From Octopus vulgaris (lineage: Eukaryota), in the NCBI GenBank assembly GCA_951406725.2, contig OX597839.1, positions 31,372,001 through 31,436,000 on the forward strand: a stretch of DNA of 64,000 bases, given 5' to 3'. Positions 1 through 13,647 of the stretch are shown piece after piece (position 1 is the first letter of the stretch; each line of letters begins with the position of its first letter). Both the position numbers and the translations under genes were made by a program. The notes beneath the pieces were generated by a model. It saw nothing but the letters and a program-made list of their open reading frames with translations. It ran no database searches and had not been told where the DNA came from.

Positions 1-321
<321 letters not shown>

Positions 322-392
322 GCCTGCATATGTTTTCATTTTACTGAAGAATTAAAAGATGTTCAAAGACACAAAAATACCACCATTAGAAG

Positions 393-424
<32 letters not shown>

Positions 425-892
425 GCAGCAGTAGTAAAAGAAGGAAAAAAAAACCCCAACCAAACAAAAAAATTACTGAAATCTATTTGCAAACTTCTCA
501 GACAACTGCTGACAAATTTCAAGACTGAATTGAATTAGTTTTGGGGGGGGAGACATTGGTGAAGAGGAGGCAGAAGTGGAAGAAGGGCAGGCAAAACAGT
601 GAAAGGAGAGAATAGTAGAAAGGTGGTGTGTGTGTGTGTGTGTGAGAAATGGTGAGCAAATGGCACAGGTTTCTTTGCTTTCATAGTGTCTGCCATGGTT
701 TTTTTTTTTTTTGGAGAAGGGGTCAGGGGTCAGGGTGTTTGTAATTCATGCAAAAATACATGAGAAATAAGAGCAAAAACAAAATAAAATCTGAAGTAAA
801 ACAAAAACGAAAAAAGAAAACTAAGTGAATGTTTTCTTCAAAATAATTTTCCAATACTACTACTACTACTACTAATAATAATAATAGAAATA

Positions 893-1309
893 ACAGCAAA
901 TATTTTGCTCAATGGCCTGTTCCTTAGAAGCTGACAATATAAGAAGCTTTGATCATGAGCAGGGGTAGTGGGGGAGCATCATAGCCATGCGTTGAGACAG
1001 ATTCTTTGGGGTTTGAGAAATTCACTTCTGGAAACATTGGGGTTTCGTTAATCATCCTTAAACGACCCTTACTCAAGAACTTTTTGAGTGGGATCAGCTA
1101 CTCGACCTGAAGAAAATTCTAACTGGGCCCCACTTGCAAGGTCATGCGCTGTTTATCTTGATATGAGATCACCCTGTCGCACACATATGGTTGTGACACA
1201 TGTGCCTGGTGTGTGCCCTTATCAGATGGGTGGTCATGATGGGTATACTGGACTTGGTAGATTTGTACCCCAGCATCACTTTAATGGTGTGTGCTGATCT
1301 CTCGCTCCA
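893..1309. mobile_element. Truncated copy of the 58273-58830 repeat
   Basis: Shares long blocks with 58377-58830 and has TAA-type repeats on both sides. Confidence 0.72.
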
Positions 1310-2414
1310 TAATAATAATAATGATAATGACTACACTCGCAGAGTGGTTGGCATTAGGAAGGGCATCCAGCTGTAGAAACACTGCCAGATCAGACTGGAG
1401 CCTGGCGCAGCCCCTGGCTTCCCAGACCCCGGTTGAACCGTCCAACCCGTGCTGGCACGGAAAACGGACGTTAAACGATGATGATGATGAACCCTTTCTA
1501 GTAAAGGCATAAGGCCTGAAATTTGGCGAGAGGGGACTAGTTGATTACATCGACCCCAGCATGTAACTCTTGGTGGAATTTGAACTCAGAATGTAAAGAC
1601 GGACGAAATGGCATTAAGCATCTCGTCAGGCATGCAAACCATTCTTCCATCTCAGTATTATAATAATAGAATAAAATATTAACAATAAGAGCATTTCTTT
1701 ATCTGCCTCATCCATACTGGAAGAAGAAGAAAGAGAGAAAGCAACAATGAGTGAGAGAAGGGGACAATGTTATTGCCACCTTTTCCCTGCTTCCTAATAA
1801 TTAATAAATAATTACTAAATATAAACGAGTCTGTCACCAACAGAAGGCAACTGCTGGTGTAATCACATATAAAAAATACATTAGAAAACTCCCTCCCCCT
1901 CTCTTCAACAAGAAGCATGCCAGACGTCAACGGCACTTGAAATAAGAAAGACAGAGACATGACTTTCTGTGAGAAATTCTGAAATTCTCAGGACTTGCAC
2001 AGACTTTCCACTAACAATCAATATTTATTGATTTTTTTATTTATTTATTTATTTATGTACATATATATTTTATTGTTTGTATCTTATGTAATCTAATCTG
2101 GTGTATGGAAACTAACCAATATTATATCCAGTCTCGGCAGCAAATTCTATGCCGACTGATATCAAAACTATTCTTGTAGCAGAATAGAAAACTTAAGACA
2201 AGATCACTAATGAAGAGAACATCGTGGTTGGGTGGTGAGAAGTTTGCATTGCAGCCACATGGTTGACCAGAGGCTGTAAGAGAGGTCACTTGCAGTGCAG
2301 TGGGATTGAACCCAGAACCATGTGGTTGGGAAGAAAACTTCTTGCCACACATCCACACCTAGAGTCAATTGAATTTGGGTTTTACAAAGATGGGAAAAAG
2401 ATATACTCTTTACC

Positions 2415-2795
2415 CTTTTACTTGTTTCAGTCATTTGACTGCGGCCATGCTGGAGCACCGCCTTTAGTCGAGGAACACGACCCCGGGATTTATTCTTTGT
2501 AAGCCCAGTACTTATTCTATCGGTCTCCTTTGCCGAACTGCTAAGTTACGGGGACATAAACACACCAGCATTGGTTGTCAAGTGATGTTGTGGGGACAAA
2601 CACAGACACAGAAACACACACATATACATATACATATATACGATGGGCTTCTTTCAGTTTCCGTCTACCAAATCCACTCACAAGGCTTTGGTCAGCCCGA
2701 GGCTATAGTAGAAGACACTTGCCCAAGGTGCCACGCAGTGGGACTGAACCCGGAACCATGTGGTTGGTAAGCAAGAAACTTACCACACAGCCACT
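2415..2795 (-). mobile_element. SINE family B (tRNA-like head, CORE-like CCTTGGGCAAGTG, internal TG/TA microsatellite)
   Basis: Minus strand GTGGCTGTGTGGTAAG...GGTTCAGTCCC...ACCTTGGGCAAGTGTC...ATGACTGAAACAAGTAAAA. Other copies at about 14670, 16135, 37390, 49053, 53088 and 63660. Confidence 0.8.
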
Positions 2796-3235
2796 ATGTA
2801 TATTTTCACTATTTATTGTTACATTTTAAAAATTCTAAAATGCTATGTCTTATATATATATATATATATATATAGAAACCGTGAAATCATAACAGCGGCT
2901 GTTGCCTGTAGCATGGTCTTCGAATGTTGGGCCTCATGGAGGTGACAGGTGACTCAGACCTTTGGCAACATGCTGTGCTTCAGAAGACTCACCAAGCCAA
3001 GTGAAATCAGAGTCGTGGCCATTGCCAGTGTCATGTGAATGGTACCCATGCTGGTGGCATGTAAAAATCACCCATTACACTCTTGGAGTGGTCGGCATTA
3101 AGAAGGGTATCCAGCCATAGAAAACCATGCCGAATCAGGTTGGAACTTGATGCAGCTCTCTGGCTTATCAGTTCCAGTCAAACTGTCCCACCCATGCCAG
3201 TCCAGAAAGCAGACATTAAATGATGATGATGATTA

Positions 3236-3277
<42 letters not shown>

Positions 3278-3896
3278 GTTGTTGTTTTATCAAGATACTC
3301 TGGCATCCAGTTGTCAAGTCAGGGATCTCATCACAGGTTAGTGAGATCTGCTACTGGTACCATGGAAACCAGTGCCACCAGTTCCATGTGTGTGGTTAAG
3401 AAGTTCACTTCCCAGCCAATAGGTTTTGGGTTCAGTTCCACTGCTTGGTACCATGTGCCTTCTGCTGTAGGCCCCTCCCTCCTAAATTCTAAATGTTTAA
3501 TTGGCAATGAATGACACAGCTTGTAGGACAGTGACATTCATTTACGACTACCATGCAATGACAAGAGAAGGGAAAACACACACACACAAACACAATGGGC
3601 TTCTTTCAGTTTCCATCTACCAAATTCACTCGCAAGGTTTTGGTTGAACTGGAACTAGAACTATAGCAGAAGTCCCTTCGTAAGGTGCCATGCAATGGGA
3701 CTGAACCTGAAACCATGTGTTCAGGAAGCATAATGATTAGCCACAGCACAATGATGCAAGCGCATAAAACAAATTGATATTGCTCCACCAATATACCACA
3801 CACATATGATAAATTAATATTGCTCAACCAACGCATTGCGCCCAACTCTGACCACCCATCCTTTCCATCCATTATTACACTGGACCAGTCTTCCCA

Positions 3897-3943
<47 letters not shown>

Positions 3944-4086
3944 CACACAATCTATGGTTTGTATCAATAGTGAAACCCTTTGTTGCCAACAGGAAGAGAG
4001 CAGTTTATAATCTTCCCATAATGTCTATCTTATGATATAGCTTCTAATATATGATATAGCTTATATATATATACATATATATACAT

Positions 4087-4173
<87 letters not shown>

Positions 4174-4185
4174 TATGTGTATATA

Positions 4186-4225
<40 letters not shown>

Positions 4226-4247
4226 TATCATATATATCATCATCATC

Positions 4248-4312
<65 letters not shown>

Positions 4313-4323
4313 TACATATATAT

Positions 4324-4376
<53 letters not shown>

Positions 4377-5553
4377 ATTTGTTTTTTGCTTTTTTTTTTG
4401 CTTCTGATCGTCAATATTCATGTAGTTGAAGATAAAGTAAGCAAGACAAAAATATTAATAGAAACGGCTTTATTTACTCTTCTCTACGTAAAGATGGATC
4501 ATCAACCGATGCTTGCTAGTTTGTTCCCCCCCCCCCGCCTCCGCCGTCATTGTATAAATAATTTCTAAAGAAGTCAAAAAGCACAACACTAAGAACCGTC
4601 TGCTAGTCTATTCCAAGGACTAAATATTCTAGCTGCAGATCAAATACTAAAAAAAAACGTTGTCTTCTCTGACATGTCATTTCATATTTTTTCTTGTCAT
4701 TTTTTTTCTTCTATATCTTATCTCTTCTCTCAGTAAATCCATCCATCCTATTATTTGCATCTTCCTCCATCCTGCATCAGCCGTCTTTAAACTCCTCTTA
4801 GAGACATTTTAAAACTTCTTTAATTTATTCTGTACTCATTTCGTTCACCGATTTATCTTTAGTTGCTGACTTAGCTTTAATGGAAGAATGTCTTGGCTGC
4901 TTTCAAACAATAAGTTGTGGCCATCTTTGATCTTTTACCCGTTTCTGTCATTAGACTGTGGCCATGCTGGGGCAGTCAGTGCCTTAAAGAAATTTTAGTC
5001 AATCGAAACTACACCAGAACCTTTTTTTTTAAGTTTGGTACTTATTCTATTGGATAGATGGAAACTGTAGGAAGCCCATCATGTGTGTGTAAATCCTTTG
5101 TGCCTGTGCTTGCCCCCACCCACCACTTGACAACTGGAGTTAGTTTCTTTACATTCCTGTAACTTAGCAATTTGGCAAAAGAGATTGATAGAATAATTAT
5201 TAAGCTTAGAAAGCAAATAAATGCTGGGGTTGATTCATTTGACTAAATATTCTTGAAGGCAGTGCCCCAGCTTGGCCACAGTCTAATGACTGAAACAGGT
5301 AAAACAGGTAAAAGGCCCCTGGGATTAAGTTTGGTGAAAGGGGATTAGTCCATACCATTGACCCCTACGGTACTTGACCAGTACTTTATTAACTGACTGT
5401 GCAAAAATGAAAGGTGAAGTTGACCTCAGCAGGATTTGAACTCAGGATGTAAAGTACTGCAAGAAATACTGCAAGCTACTTTCTCCCCTCTCTTGCCTAA
5501 TGATCCAGTAATTTTGCCACCCCATTCCCACCCCACCACCAAAACAGCCTTAA

Positions 5554-5748
5554 CCCTTTAGCACTCAGGTTACTCTGCTTTATTTATTCATATTGTTTTC
5601 AATTAATCCTGCATTATCTTTCGACGATGTGATTGTTCATGTTCAAAATGACATTGTAGGGTAGGTATGAGATGTCACATCTGGCCAGTTTGAACATAAA
5701 GCAAGGAGAATATTTCGGCTGGATATGGCCTATTCAAATGCTAAAGGG
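5554..5748. mobile_element. piggyBac-type MITE
   Basis: TTAA|CCCTTTAGCA...TGCTAAAGGG|TTAA terminal inverted repeats with TTAA target duplication. Related copies at 29588 and 31492. Confidence 0.8.
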
Positions 5749-6754
5749 TTAATAACAAACCATATGTTTGTTATTAATGTTGCTTGATCTGTTAGAATAA
5801 GCAGCCAAATTTCTCTAATTAAACCCTGACATCTTAAAAGTGGGCAGGACACATTAGATAGTATATCTCTAGATACACTAGGCATGTATTGGTTTTCAAT
5901 TTTGGCACAAAGCCAGCCGTTTCATGGAAAGGCTAAGTTGATTGCATCAACCCCAGTACATGACTGGTACTTATTTTATTGACCCTAAAAGGATGAAGGG
6001 CAAAGTTGACCATGGAAGAATTTGAACTCAGACTGTAAAGGTGGATGAAATGCTGCTAGGCGTTTTGCTGGCATGCTAACAATTCTGCCAGTTGGCCACC
6101 TTACACTAGAAGTGTATTAAAAAAAAAGACAGGATAGCCATGGCTGGAATGCATTGATCAAAAGGTGGCTGGATCAGGTTTGAGCTTGGGCTCAACAACA
6201 ACATCAATAGCAATAATGAACAGAATTTGAGAAAATAAATGCTGAAGTGAAGCCTCTCAGAGTGTGGGAGAATATTTTATATCTAAATCCTTATTGAAAT
6301 ATGATATTCAGTGGGGAACTGGTAGAAGGGCTGGGAAAACATTGGGGGAGGGGGCAGACACAACATGGAGGAGGGTGGGGGAGGTCAGAGAGATAAGTGG
6401 GTCAGAATTGTCTGAGCAGAAATGAAATGAGATCAATCAGATTTTTAGGAGCAGAGGTCATTATTTTGGGGATGAAAAGGCAGAGAGAGAAAGAGAGAGA
6501 GGAGGAAGAGGAGGAGGAGACAACAACATGTCTGACTTGGCAGATAAAAAGCTGGTGGACATTGACAAATCCAAGACGGTAACTAGGTTAGTGTAAATTA
6601 TTAACCTACAAAGAACTAAATTACTCGCAGTTGAGAAAAAAATCTTTGTAATTTTTAAATAAAAGAAGAATCAACTTGTAGATGAGAGATGGAGAGATAG
6701 AAGTGGAGGGTAAGAAAGAGCAGACAGAGAGAGGAGAGGAGAAGTGGGTGAGGA

Positions 6755-6791
<37 letters not shown>

Positions 6792-7416
6792 AAACTTTCA
6801 TCACCAAATTAGGAAAACAATAATCCAGCATTGCTGTTTGAATGCACCCATTTGATGCAACAGTTTCTTTCGCTCAGCTCCATCCATTTACCTTAAGCTC
6901 TGAACACTATTTATGGCTGCCAGGATTACTTATATTTATTGTATCTGGTGAGTAATAAATGCCAGCAGCCGACGTGGACGTTGGTTGTTTTTGAAGTGGA
7001 AGACATTTAAGATGAATTCACGCCCACCAACCAATAACTACATTCTCCCGGCTGTTTGGAGATGGAAATGGAAACGGTACGGTGGAAGAACTGACGATGA
7101 TGGCAATAATAGAAGAGCAGCTTGGATAATTTCCTTTGTGTTCCAAACAGAGATTCTAACACTTGTTTCTAGTAGCAACTCATAAACGACATCAGCTGCT
7201 TTGTTCAACGTGGATGAGATCTTCAATGTAATAATAAGTGGCCGGAGAACAGTGATGTGACAAGAGGAGTCTCTACGGATCGGATTGGAAAATATGTTGA
7301 CAATGGGGAAGACAGACCGGAAATAATTAACGCACTATGTATATATATATAAGCGTGTGTTTACACATGCATATATGTGCACAATACATGTATCATGTGT
7401 GTATGTATGTATACAT

Positions 7417-7484
<68 letters not shown>

Positions 7485-7510
7485 GTATACATGAATATAT
7501 ATATATATAT

Positions 7511-7610
7511 TTGATGATGGCTTAGCTGGTTGAAACTTCAAAGTCACTATCGATAATATCCTCGTTTAAGAATAATAAATTTGTACTCTACAAAAAGTAC
7601 AGGGTGACCC
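7511..7610 (+). mobile_element. Repeat fragment with a decayed hammerhead-like motif (same family as 63867-64000)
   Basis: tTGATGA-TGGCTTAGCTGGTT-GAAA-CTTCAAAG-TC. The downstream ~60 bp match the reverse complement of 63867-63940. Confidence 0.55.
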
Positions 7611-7641
7611 TTCAGGTTAATGTAAAACTGCTTTAATTATA

Positions 7642-7984
7642 TTACGGAGATGTACTCGCATAGCAAGTGATTTGATCTGAGATTGTGTGCTGGAACGAAA
7701 ACAATTGCAGCGTGGAAGGTGTTTGTAAGCCATTTAAGAAACACACAAAAGCCGTTCGATTCACTTCAACATTTAAGTTTAATTTGTCAAAATATTTTCG
7801 TCGCTATAAGACCGCGACCTGTTCATTGACAAAAATCCATGCTGCAGCCAGGATTGTCAGTGAACAGGTCGCGGTCTCATAGCGACGAAAATATTTTAAC
7901 AAATTAAACTTAAATGTTGAAGTGAATCGAACGGCTTTTGTGTGTTTCTTAAATGGCTTACAAACACCTTCCACACCGCAATTG
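7642..7984. mobile_element. Fold-back (inverted-duplicated) element, probably a Penelope-like terminal repeat, with a 13-bp flanking direct repeat
   Basis: Arms of about 131 bp at 7702-7832 and 7854-7984 are near-perfect reverse complements. TGCTTTAATTATA occurs at 7629-7641 and 7983-7995. Confidence 0.65.
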
Positions 7985-8364
7985 CTTTAATTATAACTGA
8001 ACATAAAAACAAACATAAATATATAGATATATAAATATATCCTCATCATAATCATCATTTAACGTCTGATTTACCATGCTGGCATGGGTTGGGCAGTTTG
8101 ACAGGAGCTGGTAAGCCAGAAGGCAGCACCAAGCTGGGCTGCCTGCTTTGGCAGGGTTCTTGTAGCTGGATACCCTGCTAAGGGTAAACTACTTTACAGC
8201 ATGGACGGGGTGCTTTTTATGTGGCACCATCACCCGTGAGGTCACCAAATAATTTACAAGAGAAGACCCCACTCAACTGAAGGAGGGAGTTGCATTGAGG
8301 AAGGTGGGTTTTGTGTCAGACGAGGGGAGAGAAATAGATGTCTTGCAGATCAGTTCAAATATGT

Positions 8365-8492
<128 letters not shown>

Positions 8493-8768
8493 AACCCGTA
8501 AAGGATTTTCTCTGCAGTCAGTCAGTAAATAATATTTAAGGATTTACAATAAAGGAAGCAAAACTGATAATTTGTATTGTTTTGGCTTTTCAATATAAAG
8601 AATCCAAAACATTTCATACATTTGAGACAATGCTTCATGAAAACTATACAACTTTCTCTCTCTCTTCCCTCTATGAATACATACATATACATATATGTGT
8701 GTGTGTTTATATAATATATATATGTATATATATTTATATATAGACACACACAGACATGGACATGTATT

Positions 8769-8801
<33 letters not shown>

Positions 8802-11800
8802 GTACACACACACACATACATAAATACATATCTATACACACTTATACATACATCTATATACAGACAGACACACACATACACCTTGTGTGTGTGTGTGATT
8901 TGTGACTCTCATCAAACAGTCAATAAGGGCAAGACTGAACACATGAAATCACATAAGTTCTCTTTCCTGGTATTTCAAATTGATTTTACATACAAAGGAA
9001 AGAAGAAGAAGAAGAACAACAACAACAACAGCACCATGAAAGAACGACGACGACGATGATGATGACGATGATGCTCCTCATCACCTTGCTTTAAGAAAAT
9101 GAACATTTAATGACATTTAACGTTCCCGCTCTTCCTCTGTACCCGGCAGCAATATTCCACGAGATAGACCAGCACCAAATATCAATAGATTTCGTACAAC
9201 AGCAAACATGAATCGAAACATTCAATTGATTCAGTTAAAAACTGCCATCATTCAGTGTGACTGAGTCTTTGAGGCGGACACAATACCGTTCCACTCATTA
9301 TCAGTTTAACATATGCTTTCCCAGGCATATTATGCAAAAGAGATTCGCTTAATAGCCTCTCGTTATCTGCTGCTACCTTTTGTCATGTTAGACGTGAAGC
9401 TGCACTATCAAAGATCGCAATCTAATTAACGCTGTTTCAAGTCCTTCTCTTTATTCTGGTCCCAGGTTGGTGGCAAAGCATCACACCACCTCACCTTCTC
9501 ACTATTTCAAATACTGGACGTATCGCAAATACCCCCATATCAATTCAGTTCACATCTGTCTTGCCGTTAATAGCCGAGTTTTATTGAAAATAACGATAAT
9601 TTTAAATAATATAAAATTGGAATTCTTCGTCCAGTTGCTTTATCAACTTATTTTTAGAGAACGTTTCTTTGAAATGATTCACTTTGATCATTTCTGTGAT
9701 CATTCCAGGCGAGTTATTACAGTGAGTACACTGTCTCACACATTGCTCTCAGTACTTGTGACTGGCAAAGAATACGTTTGGTCGACAGCCTTTTTATACA
9801 AATGGGGACACAAGAGAGAGAGAGAAGGAGAGAAGTGAAGAGAAGGAAGGGCAGAGGGAAGGAGAAAGAGAAAGGTGCAATTGGAGAGAGAGGGGGAGGA
9901 AGAGGGAGACATAAAAAGACAAAAAGGGTTAAAAGTGCATCTCCATTTTGTTTGTTTTGTATGTGAGTCGCAGAGGGTGGGACAGAGTGCAAAGCTCCCT
10001 AAATTCTTCCAAGGGGTCAGGATGGGTCAAGGAAAACAGGTTAGAAGAATGTTTTGGTTTTATATTTAATTTGACGATGATATTAGTTTGAGGGAAGTGG
10101 AAAGCGGAATGGGGTTCTGGGAAGAGGAAGAAGAGGATCTGGTTTTTAAGGAAGGGAGAAAGGGAAATTATCTGTTGTTTAACTGCAGGTCACACCTGAC
10201 TGGACATATCTGTAACCAAGAGTATGTCAGCTATGGGTGCCGTACATATTTAGGGGTAAATTTTGGGGCAAATTATGCAATGAGTCCTCTCCTTACTTAA
10301 GGTGGTATGGTTTGATTGGAGAGAGATTTGACATCTATTATTAGCAGGCTGATAAACCACATCAAAGAGTGGAAACAAGTTTATCAATCTGGAAACATCA
10401 AACAAACCTAGACAAAGTCTGGATGTAAATAAGGGAACATAGATGAAGGTGAGGCATGATGGGAAGTCCAGACATGATCTGTGTGTGTGTGTGGTGACTG
10501 CTCCATCTTTCTTGGAGTGGTTGGCATTAGGAATGGCATCCAGCTGTAGAAATCTTGCCAATCAAATTTGGGGCCTGGTGCAGCCTCCCGTTTTACCAGC
10601 TCCCAGTCAAACCATCCGAACCATACCAGCATGGAAAGCAGTCATTAAATGACGATGACGATATATATATGTATATATATATATATATATATATAATAAT
10701 ATTAGGGAATAAATCCAAACTTAAAGGGAAAAATTAGATTTAGGATTAAATCCAATTTTATAGTATAAATATATTATATTATATTATATTATATTAAATT
10801 AGAGATAAAACCACTATTAGGCAAATCAAACAGTGAAAAACATAAGCCAATACATAAAATTAATTTAAAAATATAAAAGTTAAAAATTAAAAAAATATTT
10901 AAATAATTTAAACTTATAAATTTTAAATATATATATACATATATATATATATATATGTATATTTTTATATTTATATATTATTTTATTTATTAATTTATTT
11001 ATTTATTAATTTTTTAATTTTTTTTTTATATATGTATATATATAAACACACACACATACAAAGTATATATATATATGTTTTTATTAATATTTAGCAGAAG
11101 CAACAGAGTGACTCAAGAGCTGCAAGTTTTCTTTTGCTTCTACTAAATATGAAATATATATATATAAATATACATATACATACACTATGTGCTCTCCCAT
11201 AAGACATACAGTACATAATTATATTATATTATATGCATTATGTGCTGTGTTCTATCATAAAATGTAGAGTTCCACTGTTGACCTTGGAGTTCAACAAGAG
11301 CAGCTTAATAAATAAATATTGATTTCTTTCATAGCCATAAACCCTCATGTTTATAAGAGAGTGGAAACAAAGAGAGTGTCTCATTTACACGATGCCATTA
11401 GCAAGGGAATTGAAGGTGCAAACTAAATGGTTACAACCAGAAATAGGGAGTCAAGAGAATGGTAGGTGGTGGTTGTCAGGTGACAGTTCCAAATTATTAT
11501 TGCAACGTTTAATTTTGTTTGTTCGTTCGTAAAGCAGCTAGATTCGTGACAAACTCATTTGTACTTCATCACAACTACATAAGTGAGAGTGCATCTGTGT
11601 ATATTTATACAAGCACACACACACACACACACACACTGAGTCTGAAGTCCTGATTTTGTGAATTTAATGCCATTTAACTTCGCCCTCTCTACATTTCCAC
11701 ATGACAATGAGTTTCATGAAATCTATAAACATCTATCAATAGATCTTGTATTGGTTGTGACTAACAACTAATATGATGACACAAGTCCAAATATATCAAT

Positions 11801-12004
11801 GTAGAATATAGTCCCTTGTTCCTTTTTATGTCTACTTTTCTATGCTGGCAGAGGTTGGAAGAGTACTGATCTGAAGCAATATTTTTACATCTGGGTTGCT
11901 CTTCCTGTCACAGACCTTACCTGTTTTACAAGTTTTTTAATTCCACTCCTTCAAGAGCTGTTAGGATTACTGGGAATGACTTTCCCTAGACACAACAGAA
12001 TATA

Positions 12005-12301
12005 TCATCATCATCATCATCATCGTTTAGCGTCCGTTTTCCATGCTAGCATGGGTTGGACGGTTCAACTGGGGTCTGTGAAGCCAGAAGTCTGCACCAG
12101 GCCCAGTCTGATCTGGCAGTGTTTCTACAGCTGGATGCCCTTCCTAACGCCAACCACTCTGTGAGAGTAGTGGGTGCTTTTTACGTGCCACCGGCACAGG
12201 TGCCAGACGAGGCTGGCAAACGGCCACGATTGGATGGTGCTTTTTACGTGCCACTGGCACGGGGGCCAGGCGAGGCTGGCAACGGCCACGAACGGATGGT
12301 G

Positions 12302-12305
<4 letters not shown>
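12005..12305 (-). mobile_element. Retroposon/SINE family C with (GAT)n tail
   Basis: Reverse complement of GGTGGCACGTAAAAAGCACC...GTTGGCGTTAGGAAGGGCATCCAGCTGTAGAAAC...GGACGYTAAACGATGATGAT. More than 10 copies (about 1332, 2885, 8040, 10513, 15038, 40570, 45380, 50927, 54015, 59418). Confidence 0.78.
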
Positions 12306-12357
<52 letters not shown>

Positions 12358-12793
12358 AGGGTGTCTATTTACTTTTGAAATATCTAACTCAGTGTGTGTG
12401 TGTGTGTGTTTGTGTGCATGTGTGTTTCTCCAAATTCTTGCACACAAGGATATACTGTCAAATTTACTTACCACATGTTCTGAGTCTTGTATGCCTTCCC
12501 CAGGCCGGCCAGTCGAAACTGAAAATAAAAGGGGAAAATTAAAGATAAAAAGGAATACAAACAATCAGATTAAAAGACTTGTTTCTAATTTTACATTAAT
12601 TAATCAATTCGCTTTTGTTATTTATATTAGAATGGTAAAACTGGAAAGAACGATTTGTCATAGATTTGGACTTCAGAATGTGGCTGCAATTACCATTTTC
12701 TTTTACAACTTGACGGATGGTTTCTCAAATACTCACCATTAGTTGTTTGGTAATTCAGTCCCCTAATGCTGAATAATAATAATAATAATAATA

Positions 12794-12825
<32 letters not shown>

Positions 12826-12880
12826 AATAATAGTAGTAGTAGTAGTAATAATAATAATAACAACAATAATAATAATAAAA

Positions 12881-13632
12881 CTAGTGACTGCTGCTCAGGA
12901 CCAGGCATTGAACACCAACTCAGTGAAAAAGGACATATACCAAACAAGTGGAACAAACCTCTGCAGAATGTGTGGGGAGAAGGTTGAAAGCATGACTCAC
13001 ATTGTTAGTACTTGTGAAAGTCTTGTGTAGGAAGAGTACAAGCACAGACATGACAAGGTGATGCAAAACCTCCACTGGCTACTATACAGGAGGCATGGAT
13101 TCTGAGGAAACAAGTGCTTGGTACCAACATACATTGGAGAAGGTAATGGATGAAAAGAGGAAGGCAAAAATCCTCTGGGACTTTGACTTCCAAACAGACA
13201 AGGTGTTAGAGCACCAAAGGTCAGAAATAGTAACCTTTAGGAGGGACAAACAAGAGGGCCTAATAGTCGACGTAGCAGTGCCAGGAGATCAACATATCCT
13301 CATGAAAGAAAGAGAAAAGGTTGATAAATATGGAGAATTGAGATTGCTAAGATGTGGCAGCTATGAGAGTCAGATGTAAAGGTTATCCCTGTTGTCATCG
13401 GAGCATTGGGTTCAATACCACCCAATCTGAAGAAAAAACATCTAAAAATTTTAGAAATACCCTACAATCTAGATGTATTGCAAAAGTCGGCATTACATGG
13501 AACTGCATGCACATTGCGCAAAGTAGTGTCTGACTGAGGTCCTTGGTGTGACTTGACAAAACAGTACAAACCCCCGGCAGACACAATATCTTCAATCAAC
13601 AACCTCACGATATTGGATACTGTGCGATGTCT
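12881..13632 (+). mobile_element. 5'-truncated, decayed R4/Dong-clade non-LTR retrotransposon (CCHC finger, restriction-like endonuclease, 3' UTR)
   Basis: AAQDQAL..CRMCGEKVESMTHIVSTC (C-x2-C-x8-H-x4-C), RHD, KILWDFDFQTD, IVDVAVP, EKVDKY, IPVVIGALG, GTACTLRKV, with stops and frameshifts. Flanked on both sides by (TAA)n. Confidence 0.88.
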
Positions 13633-13647
13633 ATAATAATAATAACA

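Noticed and set aside
12881-13537. Active or domesticated endonuclease gene
   Set aside because: It has stops and frameshifts, an altered PD motif and no RT domain.
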